Source: Nocardia terrae | GTDB lineage: Bacteria > Actinomycetota > Actinomycetes > Mycobacteriales > Mycobacteriaceae | Direction of reading: 5' to 3' | Assembly (NCBI RefSeq): GCF_009760405.1 | Contig: NZ_WRPP01000010.1 | Span: 250,711-274,710, forward strand | DNA length: 24,000 nucleotides | Part shown: one piece after another, positions 1-6,828 of the stretch | How the letters are laid out: each line of letters starts with the position of its first letter | How positions within the stretch are numbered: the first letter of the stretch is position 1 | The notes under the pieces: model-generated | What the model was told of the DNA's origin: nothing | Seen by the model: the letters and a program-made list of their open reading frames with translations, nothing else | Database searches by the model: none | Translations under genes and position numbers: made by a program

Positions 1-1
1 C

Positions 2-145
2 ATCCACCGCAACACCGTCACCTATCGGCTCACCCGCATTACCGACCTGACTGGATACGATCCCCAAAATCCCACCGAGGCAATGACATTGGCCGCCGCG
101 CGCACCGCGCGTCTGCTGCAGCGAGCCAATGTCTCCACCATGTGA
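2..145 (+). CDS. 3' end of a PucR/CdaR-type transcriptional regulator (C-terminal HTH); 5' part lies outside the window
   Basis: Frame 2 reads IHRNTVTYRLTRITDLTGYDPQNPTEAMTLAAARTARLLQRANVSTM, then TGA at 143-145. IHRNTVxYRLxRIxxLTGxDP is the typical PucR C-terminal HTH signature. Confidence 0.6.
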   Translation: MHRNTVTYRLTRITDLTGYDPQNPTEAMTLAAARTARLLQRANVSTM

Positions 146-181
146 CGTGGCGGGTGCGAGGTGTAGCGGTTGCGAAACCGG

Positions 182-988
182 TCAGAGCAACATCTTTTCC
201 TTCAGCGCGGTGGTGTCGGCATCGGTGAGTTTCAACCCGTCGCGGACGTAATTGCGGAAGCTGCCATAGCTTTGATCCACCTGGTCGAAAGCGGCATCCA
301 GCGCGCCGGGCACGACCCCGTTGGCGGTGTCTCCAGGGGCGGCGCCGCGGTAATAGTTGGACAGCAGGTAGTCGTAATAGACGGTGTCGCGGTCGACGCC
401 GAGAACGGTCAGCAGAATGGCCGTGGTCCAGCCGGTGCGGTCCTTGCCCGAGGTGCAGTGGTAGAGAACCGTGCCGTCGGTGGTGTCGATGATGTCGTGC
501 AGGACCGATGCGAAGCCCTCGTTCGCGCCGGGTGTGGTGATGAAGGCCCGGTAGAGGTCGGGGCCCGCGTTCTGGGCGGACGCGATGACCTGCGGCGAGG
601 CTTGTCCCACGACATCCGCGTTGCGGTAGGCCGCTCCCGTCGCGACTCGGTCGGGGGCCTCGGTGATCTCGGATCGCAGCCGCAGGTCGTCGTCGACTTT
701 CAAATCGTGGCCGGTGAGGTAGGCCAAGGCCGAATCGCTTGCCGTGGACAGTTCGCCGGAGCGGTACACCAGACCGGTCCGGATCCGGCGGCCATCGACC
801 GTGCGATAACCGCCCACGTCGCGCGCGTTCTCTACGCCGGGCAGGGGCAGTGCCCGCTCGTCGACGCCGACAACGACCGCGGAGGTCCGTGCGGGCGGCT
901 CGACCACGGCGTCGGTTCTGGTAGAACAGGCGCTGACCGTGACTGCCGCCGTGAAAGCCAGCATCAGAGTTAGTCCACGAGAATGCAT
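182..988 (-). CDS. Secreted lipoprotein, tyrosine/dual-specificity protein phosphatase (CX5R type)
   Basis: ORF 182..1030. I chose the ATG at 988 because GAAGGAGG lies 6 nt upstream. N-terminus MHSRGLTLMLAFTAAVTVSAC has signal-peptide and lipobox (VSAC) character. Active-site P-loop is HCTSGKDRTG (C-x5-R). Confidence 0.85.
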   Translation of the reverse strand: MHSRGLTLMLAFTAAVTVSACSTRTDAVVEPPARTSAVVVGVDERALPLPGVENARDVGGYRTVDGRRIRTGLVYRSGELSTASDSALAYLTGHDLKVDDDLRLRSEITEAPDRVATGAAYRNADVVGQASPQVIASAQNAGPDLYRAFITTPGANEGFASVLHDIIDTTDGTVLYHCTSGKDRTGWTTAILLTVLGVDRDTVYYDYLLSNYYRGAAPGDTANGVVPGALDAAFDQVDQSYGSFRNYVRDGLKLTDADTTALKEKMLL

Positions 989-1236
989 GCGCCGCCTCCT
1001 TCGTTCCAGTCGGACAATTCTCCTGACCATCTCTCGGTTGTCATCGACATGCCATTGGCAATCTAACGGAAAATCTGCGGAGAATTTCTATATCTTGCCA
1101 AACGTCCGGAAAACAGCTCCCTGATCTGCGGTTCTCTATTTCGAAAGTCGTGCTATCGGCCCGGTTTGCTCAATTTGTACCCCTCGTGATCTTTGACACC
1201 GGAACAATTATTGAATTTGTCCCTATTCTCAATTTC

Positions 1237-1827
1237 ATGGCAATCATCGAAGAACGAGTTCAGGAAGGGCCTGTCCATGCTGTGGCCCGTAATGCGTGGC
1301 AGTCGATTCTGGTCACCGGCATCATCTCGGTGGCGTTGGGCATCGTGATTCTGGTGTGGCCCGGGCCCACCCTGGTCGTCGCCGGTGTCCTGTTCGGCAT
1401 TTACCTGGTGGTGTCGGGTGTGATCGGGTTGATCGCCGCGTTCGGGATACCCGTCAGTCCATGGACGCGGGTGCTGTCGTTCATTGCCGCGATCGCGTCC
1501 CTCGTACTGGGTTTCTTCTGCTTCCGCAACGATTTTCAGGCCATCGCCCTGCTGGCACTGTGGATCGGCATCACCTGGACCTTCCGTGGCACCGTTCTCC
1601 TGGTGACCGCCCTGTCGGATACGGTGATCCCGGGGCGGGGCTGGCAGGTCCTGCTCGGCATCGTGCTCGTCGCCGGCGGCGGTCTGCTGATCGTCGAACC
1701 GTTCCGCTCGATCGCGACGCTCGTCATCGTGGTCGGCTGCTGGCTGATCGCCATCGGCGTCTTCGAGGTGATCTCGGCCTTCCAGGTCAAGAACCGACTG
1801 GTATCCAATACAACCGGAGGTGCCTGA
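1237..1827 (+). CDS. HdeD/DUF308-family integral membrane protein
   Basis: ORF 1150..1827 encodes about 6 hydrophobic helices. The N-terminal WQSILVTGIISVALGIVILVWPG pattern is typical of HdeD-like proteins. The start is uncertain: ATG 1237 was chosen, but no clear SD precedes it. Confidence 0.7.
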   Translation: MAIIEERVQEGPVHAVARNAWQSILVTGIISVALGIVILVWPGPTLVVAGVLFGIYLVVSGVIGLIAAFGIPVSPWTRVLSFIAAIASLVLGFFCFRNDFQAIALLALWIGITWTFRGTVLLVTALSDTVIPGRGWQVLLGIVLVAGGGLLIVEPFRSIATLVIVVGCWLIAIGVFEVISAFQVKNRLVSNTTGGA

Positions 1828-2825
1828 TGGGTAGTGGACTTCTTCGTCGTGATCCGCATATCGATCGCTACCCGGCATTACGGGCGCGGATGTTCCAGGC
1901 GATGTTCCCGATCGTGGAACGCCTGCGGTACTCCTCGCCGCACGTGCAGTTCGCGACCAAACCGATCGGCAAGCCTACGACCATGACGGTCCCGACACGG
2001 CACGGTCCAGTCCGCACATTGGTCTACGCTCCCGTTGGCGCCGATGTCGCCGCAACCCGTGCCGAGGGCCGCAAGCCGCCTGTCCACCTGATCATCCACG
2101 GTGGCGCGTTCGTCATTCGCCGCCCTGCGCAGGAGGACAATGTCGCACGGTTTCTCTGTTCGGAGCTCGGCTGCTACGTCGTCCTGCCCGATTACGACAC
2201 CGCGCCGTCGGTTCGATTTCCCGTGTCGGAGGAGCAGTGCTCCGATGTCCTGGCCTGGTTGCGTGACAATGCTGCGGACCTGGGCTGGGACCGCGACCGG
2301 ATCAGCCTCGGCGGCGCCAGCGCCGGCGGCAAGCTCGCCTTGTCCGTGGCACTCGACGCGATCGACCGCGGCGCCTTCGTCCCGATCGCGATCAGCATCG
2401 AATACGGCGCCGCGAACCTGTCCCTTCCCGACTCCGAACGGACCTCACCCAAACGCAATCCAGTGGTAGGTCCGTCACTGATGAACCTGATCCGGACCAC
2501 CTACTTCAAAGACGTCGACACCACCCTGCCCACGGCGTCTCCCGCACTACACCCCCGCAGGGGAGAGCTCCCGCCCACCTTGATCATCACCGCTGATCAA
2601 GACACCGTCCGGCACGAAATGAACCACCTCGCCGCCGACCTACGCGAGCGCGGGGTCGCGGTGACCCACCACGAATTCCCCGGTGTCGACCACGGATTCA
2701 CCCACGCCGAGCCCGTCGAGCAATGCCGCGCCGCGCTGGAAATGATCCGCGATCACCTCGGTTCCGCATATCAGGCCCCACTGACCCGATCGACCGTGGA
2801 GACCCGCAGTGACAGCTCCCGATAA
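1827..2825 (+). CDS. Alpha/beta-hydrolase fold-3 (HSL-type) esterase/lipase
   Basis: Motifs present: HGGAF oxyanion motif, GASAG nucleophile elbow (GxSxG), and C-terminal DHGF histidine motif. The ATG at 1827 overlaps the upstream TGA by 1 nt (TGATG), and GGAGG lies 6 nt upstream. The long 1296.. extension of this ORF overlaps the HdeD gene and is not coding. Confidence 0.85.
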   Translation: MGSGLLRRDPHIDRYPALRARMFQAMFPIVERLRYSSPHVQFATKPIGKPTTMTVPTRHGPVRTLVYAPVGADVAATRAEGRKPPVHLIIHGGAFVIRRPAQEDNVARFLCSELGCYVVLPDYDTAPSVRFPVSEEQCSDVLAWLRDNAADLGWDRDRISLGGASAGGKLALSVALDAIDRGAFVPIAISIEYGAANLSLPDSERTSPKRNPVVGPSLMNLIRTTYFKDVDTTLPTASPALHPRRGELPPTLIITADQDTVRHEMNHLAADLRERGVAVTHHEFPGVDHGFTHAEPVEQCRAALEMIRDHLGSAYQAPLTRSTVETRSDSSR

Positions 2826-3080
2826 TGCACGAAAGCCGTTGCACAGCAACGCCGTTTGTTTCGATATGCGTCCGGGGGAGTCATGACCACTGCGCACGCG
2901 TGTTCAACCGGAAAAACCGATACTTCGTCAACATGACTTCGACGGACAGATGCGCTCGCCGCGTACGAATCCAGACCTTGGCTGGCGTGCTTGATATGCC
3001 ACCTCGAACGGGTCGGCGGTGTCAAAGTCCGCGTTCGTTCTCGACCCGGCCGAGCCGGGGTGAACGGGTGTATGACGCCG

Positions 3081-3956
3081 CTACTGCCGTGGGGCCGCGA
3101 AGTATCCGCGGCAGCTGAACTGTGTGTCGATGTCGCCGTGCGGTTCGGCGTGGCCGTCGTGCAGCATGTTCTCGGTGGGAGCCAGATATGCCTCCCCGGG
3201 GTGGATGGTGAGGCGGGTGACCGGATAGTGGGGGAAGACCTCCATGAAGCGTTGCCCGAGTGCGTACTTCGGGTCCGCGGCGCCCGACAGGAGATCGACT
3301 TGCGCCAGAGCCTGTGCCATTCCCTGGAGTGGCGCGTTCACGAACAGTAGGTGCCGGTCGTGGCTTCCGAGGTTGACGGACAGGCGATTCGGTGCGGTGG
3401 ACCGGTCGGATAGCGGATCGGTGTACCAGCTGTCGACATGCAGGCCGACGCGGCGGCCGTGGCCGCCGGTGGTCATGGTCGGCTGGCCGGCGGGGCTCTT
3501 GCCGTACAGCAGTGGGGCTTCGATCCCGGGGCGGGCGGGATCGGTCAGGGTGGCGGCCCAGCGCAGAATCTCGACCAGCGCGGTCCGGCCCGCCGGGCCG
3601 TGGGCCAGCTCCCGGACACCCGACTCGCCGGTGGCGAGCGGCAGTCCACGAAAAACGGCGCACGCCTCCAGAACACGGGCGGGCGCGGGCAGCACCGCGA
3701 GCCATTCGCCCGGCAGCGCGGCGGGCACCGGACGGCCGAACAGCAGGGCGCGCTCGTGGCAGGTGGGTGCTCGCCAAGGCCCGCGGGGCACGAAGGCACG
3801 GTCGGCGTAGTCCTCGGCATAGGACGTCTCGGAGGCGAGCCGAATTCCGGAGCTGAGCCTGATCCGGTCCGTGGTGGGCGCGCCGGGCGGTAGCAGCATG
3901 GTCATCCCGGCGCGAAGTCCGGTGTGGTCGAGGGCCGTTCGATGCTCGAGCGTCAT
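3081..3956 (-). CDS. Hypothetical protein with HxD...H motif; putative Fe(II)/2-oxoglutarate-type (cupin/DSBH, KdoO-like) oxygenase. Third gene of the RiPP-like operon.
   Basis: Its ATG (3956..3954) overlaps the rSAM stop codon (CTATGA, a 4-nt ATGA overlap). The sequence GLHVDSW...NRLSVNLG...IHPGEAYLAPTENMLHDG resembles a 2-His-1-carboxylate facial triad in a jelly-roll context. The upstream part of ORF 3081..4397 only shadows the rSAM gene. Function is inferred from motifs alone. Confidence 0.55.
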   Translation of the reverse strand: MTLEHRTALDHTGLRAGMTMLLPPGAPTTDRIRLSSGIRLASETSYAEDYADRAFVPRGPWRAPTCHERALLFGRPVPAALPGEWLAVLPAPARVLEACAVFRGLPLATGESGVRELAHGPAGRTALVEILRWAATLTDPARPGIEAPLLYGKSPAGQPTMTTGGHGRRVGLHVDSWYTDPLSDRSTAPNRLSVNLGSHDRHLLFVNAPLQGMAQALAQVDLLSGAADPKYALGQRFMEVFPHYPVTRLTIHPGEAYLAPTENMLHDGHAEPHGDIDTQFSCRGYFAAPRQ

Positions 3957-5071
3957 AGCTCGGTCTCGTGCAGTCGCTCCGCGATATAGGCGATGACCGG
4001 TCGGCCACTGCACAGCATGGTGCCCGCACCGTCCTCGTCGCGCTCGCAGGATTCGGTCTCCGCCAGCAGGGTTCCGCCGCAGGCGTCGAAGAACGGACAG
4101 GGCAGGCAGTTCAGGGCGACCCGGCGTTCGGCCTGCACCGCGCAGCGTTCGAAGACCGGGCCCGACAGCATGTCGGCCACCGAGTCGGTGAAGATATTGC
4201 CGATCGACCAGTCCGCGTCGCCGTACGGTTCGCCATAGGTGTAGCAAGAGCCATCGGTGTCGACCAGCACCACCGGCAGCCAGGCACGCCGGTCCTGGTA
4301 TTCGGGTCCCGGGGCGGCGGACAGGTATCGGGCCGCGATCTCCACGTATCCATCCAGGGGTGCGGGCGGCCGCTGCATGAGGTCGCTGGCCAGCCACAGT
4401 TCGAAGAGGCGTGCGAGCGCGAAAAGCTCTTGCTCCCGGTCGATTTCGAAGGGCGTGGTCTGTCCGGGCTCACCGGTGTCGAACAGCGGCAGCACCCGGA
4501 AGTGGAGTCGCCGTGCCTCGAAGAACCGGAACAGCTCGTCCACAGCCTGAATGTTCTGGGCGGTCAGCACCGAGATGCAGCCGACCCGGCCGCCGTCGGC
4601 CACCAGCCGATCCAGATTGCCCGTGACCCGACGCTGTGAATCCCGCCCGGCCAAATTGACCCGCAATCCGCCGATCACATCCAGTGAGACGCCCACCGAG
4701 TCGAACCCGTGTAACAGCAACCGGCGACGCTCGTCGTCCAGGAGCACCAGATTGGTTTGCACGCTGTTGCGTACCGGGATCCGCTCGCCGAAGATCTCAC
4801 GTTGATCCGCCCATGTCTGCCAATAGAATTCGGCGGGCTGCATGAGCGGCTCGCCGCCGTGCCAGACGAAATGCAAGCCGGTAGCCAGGCCGTCGCGGGC
4901 GTCGACGACATCGAGGTGGTCGCGCAGGGTGCGATACATAGCGCTGACCTGCGCCCGCGACATGGCTGCCCGGTTGCCCAGTTCCGGGTACTCGTAGCAG
5001 TAGCGGCATCGTAGATTGCAGAACTTCGAGACCTTCACCACGATCTGCATGGTCCGGTTGGTCGAATTCAT
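3953..5071 (-). CDS. Radical SAM / SPASM-domain peptide-modifying enzyme (AslB/anSME-like architecture, no N-terminal extension)
   Basis: CNLRCRYC (CxxxCxxC) lies about 20 aa from the N-terminus, followed by a GGEPL SAM-binding motif. The C-terminal Cys cluster is C-x15-G...NCLPCPFFDACGG...C...C (SPASM-like CxxCx5C). Start is ATG 5071 (MNSTNRTMQIVVK), with ATG 5050 as an alternative. The 5131 start of the ORF track would run through the hairpin. Confidence 0.9.
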   Translation of the reverse strand: MNSTNRTMQIVVKVSKFCNLRCRYCYEYPELGNRAAMSRAQVSAMYRTLRDHLDVVDARDGLATGLHFVWHGGEPLMQPAEFYWQTWADQREIFGERIPVRNSVQTNLVLLDDERRRLLLHGFDSVGVSLDVIGGLRVNLAGRDSQRRVTGNLDRLVADGGRVGCISVLTAQNIQAVDELFRFFEARRLHFRVLPLFDTGEPGQTTPFEIDREQELFALARLFELWLASDLMQRPPAPLDGYVEIAARYLSAAPGPEYQDRRAWLPVVLVDTDGSCYTYGEPYGDADWSIGNIFTDSVADMLSGPVFERCAVQAERRVALNCLPCPFFDACGGTLLAETESCERDEDGAGTMLCSGRPVIAYIAERLHETEL

Positions 5072-5110
5072 TTGGTGCACTCTCTTTTTCGCGGAGACGA
5101 ACGACGCTGC

Positions 5111-5144
5111 CCCGTCGTCAGGCGTGCGCACACCTGACGACGGG
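5111..5144 (-). promoter_or_regulatory. Perfect 12-bp GC-rich stem-loop between the precursor and maturase genes (attenuator or transcript-stabilising hairpin)
   Basis: cccgtcgtcagg (5111-5122), loop cgtgcgcaca, cctgacgacggg (5133-5144); the arms are exact reverse complements. There is no T-tract after it on the transcribed strand, so it is not a canonical intrinsic terminator. Confidence 0.6.
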
Positions 5145-5217
5145 TGTGAGAAATTGCTCCGATCGCGGCGAATCGTCCGGTCAGCCGTGCCCCGGACGCG
5201 ACGCCGACGATCCCGGA

Positions 5218-5589
5218 CTACGGCTCCGACAACTCCTGGAAGGGGTCACCGGGAGCCTGGTGGAACGGGATGTCCTGACCGAACGGCGAGCCCTGGCGGA
5301 ACGGCCCCTGATGGAACTGCTGGAACTGATGGAACGGGTTCGGTTTCAGCACATGGGGATTCGTCGCCTGATCGGCCGAGAGCCGCTCGGTGGTGACGCC
5401 CGGGCCCAGCAGCGTCGACAAATGCGCCCGCGCCGCCGTGCCGACATCGGCACTCTGCTGCACGGGCGCCTGCGCCGCCTGGGCCGAACCGGCGATGATG
5501 ACCGCGACCGCGGGGGCCGCGGCCATCGTCGCCGCGATACCGGCGAGCCGTGCGATCGCCGCCGTGCGGCGATGTGATGGAGGTGGCAT
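5218..5589 (-). CDS. Exported repeat peptide, candidate RiPP precursor (signal-peptide-like leader plus F-x-Q repeat core)
   Basis: ATG 5589 is preceded by GGAAGGA 8 nt upstream. N-terminus MPPPSHRRTAAIARLAGIAATMAAAPAVAVIIAGSAQAAQA has an RR-containing n-region, an h-region and AxA sites. C-terminus is NPFHQFQQFHQGPFRQGSPFGQDIPFHQAPGDPFQELSEP. At DNA level this shows as iterated CTGnnnGAA(CGG) on the + strand, 5233-5343. Confidence 0.7.
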   Translation of the reverse strand: MPPPSHRRTAAIARLAGIAATMAAAPAVAVIIAGSAQAAQAPVQQSADVGTAARAHLSTLLGPGVTTERLSADQATNPHVLKPNPFHQFQQFHQGPFRQGSPFGQDIPFHQAPGDPFQELSEP

Positions 5590-6089
5590 TCGGATGTCCT
5601 TCCGGTCCATGTCCCGTCGAATCACTGTGGCCCCGGGGTACTTTCGACGAACGCGACGAGACATCTACAGATAAGGAAGGGGGTTACACCCCGCGCTGTC
5701 GCCGCCGATCCAACACTGACCTCTAGGTTCCGGCTTGCTGGCTCGCGGCGCCCGTGACCACCAACAGCAGGATCGTGACACCGAACGGTAGGGAGAATCT
5801 CGAGCAGAACAGGGTGAGATCGATCTGGCCCAGACGGTTCGAACCCCTACTTCCGAACGTCGACACCGCGCCCAGATCAATTCGGCCCAGTGTGGACGGC
5901 GAAGCCGATGCGCCTGGCAAACCGAAGCCTGGATCAGGCCGGTTGGGGGTCAGGGCGGTAGCGGGCCATGGGCAAGACACCCCGGTCCTGCAGCCGGGCA
6001 GCCGAATTGGAGAGTGGCCCACCGGGTACCTGGACCGGATCCTGGCCGGGACCCGGCCCCGCCATCAAGTGTCCAAGTAGCCGTGAGGC

Positions 6090-6168
6090 GCGCTGATCGA
6101 ACCGACCAGCGCAGCGGGGCGGAAGGTCCAGTGGCAGTATCGGTCTGAGGTTGACCGAACGTCCTGCA
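6090..6168 (+). repeat. Interspersed ~80-nt structured repeat, copy A
   Basis: gcgctgatcgaaccgaccagcgcagcggggcggaaggtccagtggcagtatcggtctgaggttgaccgaacgtcctgca. By hand alignment, about 8 mismatches in 79 nt versus copy B and about 9 versus copy C. Confidence 0.85.
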
Positions 6169-6176
6169 TCGCCGGT

Positions 6177-6621
6177 TACAAGATGTCAACCGCGGGGATG
6201 GTGTGGTAGCGGCGGCTGGCGGCGATCGACACGGTGGCGACCAGAACCGCCAGCACCAGCCCGGTGCCGAGGGCGACCACAGGTGGGGTCCCTGCCAGTC
6301 CAAGGCCAGTAGTACGACGCTGGCTGCGAGCCACAAACACAGCCGTGAGCGGTCCGGATGTCCGATGCGGTCGGATTCGATGAGTGTCAGTACCAGCAGG
6401 AACACCACGACCGGCAGGGTCAGAGCGAGACCGGCCACCCGGTGGGCGACCTGATGGCCGTCATGGCTGCCGCCGAGGGCGGCGACGGCGGTTTCGAGGC
6501 CGGCGCCGAGGGCTGCCAGTGCCGCGAGGCTCGAGATTCGACGGCCCGAACTCTTCCGCGTTGCCCAGGTCGGAGAGTGACCGGCGTGTCCCCGTCGGTA
6601 ACGATATGGACACGCGACCAT
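6177..6621 (-). pseudogene. Small multi-TM membrane protein gene, apparently frameshifted near its 3' end (or a sequencing error)
   Basis: ORF 5950..6621 encodes TM-like segments (LALTLPVVVFLLVLTLI, LCLWLAASVVLLAL), then turns into a Trp/Pro/Arg-rich stretch after about 6290. A neighbouring frame continues with a clean TM helix, PVVALGTGLVLAVLVATVSIAASRRYHTIPAVDIL, to TAA at 6177-6179, just before repeat A. N-terminus is unclear. Confidence 0.3.
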
Positions 6622-6828
6622 TTTGGCGGGGGGCGCACCAGCAATAGCTGGCGTGAATCGGATAGTGCTGGAACGTCATTCGAGGCCGTGGCCAGCGGGA
6701 TGTGGCGGGTGCCACGGTCCGGCCATTCGGTGATGGGCATCTCATTTGACTGTCGGGACGTCCGTCCCTTGTGAAAACCTCCGCAAGAAGTTTGCTAGAT
6801 GTTTACTGATTGCGGAGAGGTGTTCTGG

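Noticed and set aside
170-973. 267-aa + strand ORF opposite the phosphatase gene. The same applies to other long antisense ORFs: 1153..1878(-), 3022..4029(-), 3244..3893(+), 6742..7605(-), 7937..8879(-), 9207..10109(-), 14730..16385(+), 17082..18293(+), 17158..18468(-), 19215..19880(-) and 20548..21270(-).
   Set aside because: These are typical high-GC shadow ORFs. Their products are Arg/Pro/Gly/Ala-rich and low in complexity, with no motifs, and each is fully overlapped by an ORF on the other strand or frame that has clear family signatures.
1296-1826. 5' extension of the esterase ORF (509-aa version)
   Set aside because: It overlaps the HdeD-like gene in another frame, with Arg/Gly-rich nonsense translation. 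A good SD and ATG at 1827 give a normal-length fold-3 esterase.
3045-3059. Short GC hairpin (cccggc-cga-gccggg) downstream of the operon's last gene, considered as its terminator
   Set aside because: It has only 6 bp with a 3-nt loop and no U-tract on either strand. That is too weak to call in a 70% GC genome, where such stems arise by chance.
3957-4397. N-terminal extension of ORF 3081..4397 (438-aa version)
   Set aside because: It lies entirely inside the radical SAM gene in another frame. The ATGA stop/start overlap at 3953-3956 gives a natural coupled start.
5723-6080. ORFs 5723..6022(-) and 5754..6080(+) between the RiPP operon and repeat A. I considered them as an extra precursor, immunity or transporter gene.
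   Set aside because: Both have many rare AGG/AGA codons, no SD and no start context. Only the last ~35 codons of the minus ORF (LTLFCSRFSLPFGVTILLLVVTGAAS) look hydrophobic or coding. I cannot support a call, and it may be a gene remnant.
6111-6140. tRNA-like string gcagcggggcggaaggtccagtggc inside the repeats
   Set aside because: No acceptor-stem complement, anticodon arm or T-arm (GTTCGAATC-type) can be drawn. It recurs as part of the interspersed repeat, so it is not a tRNA.
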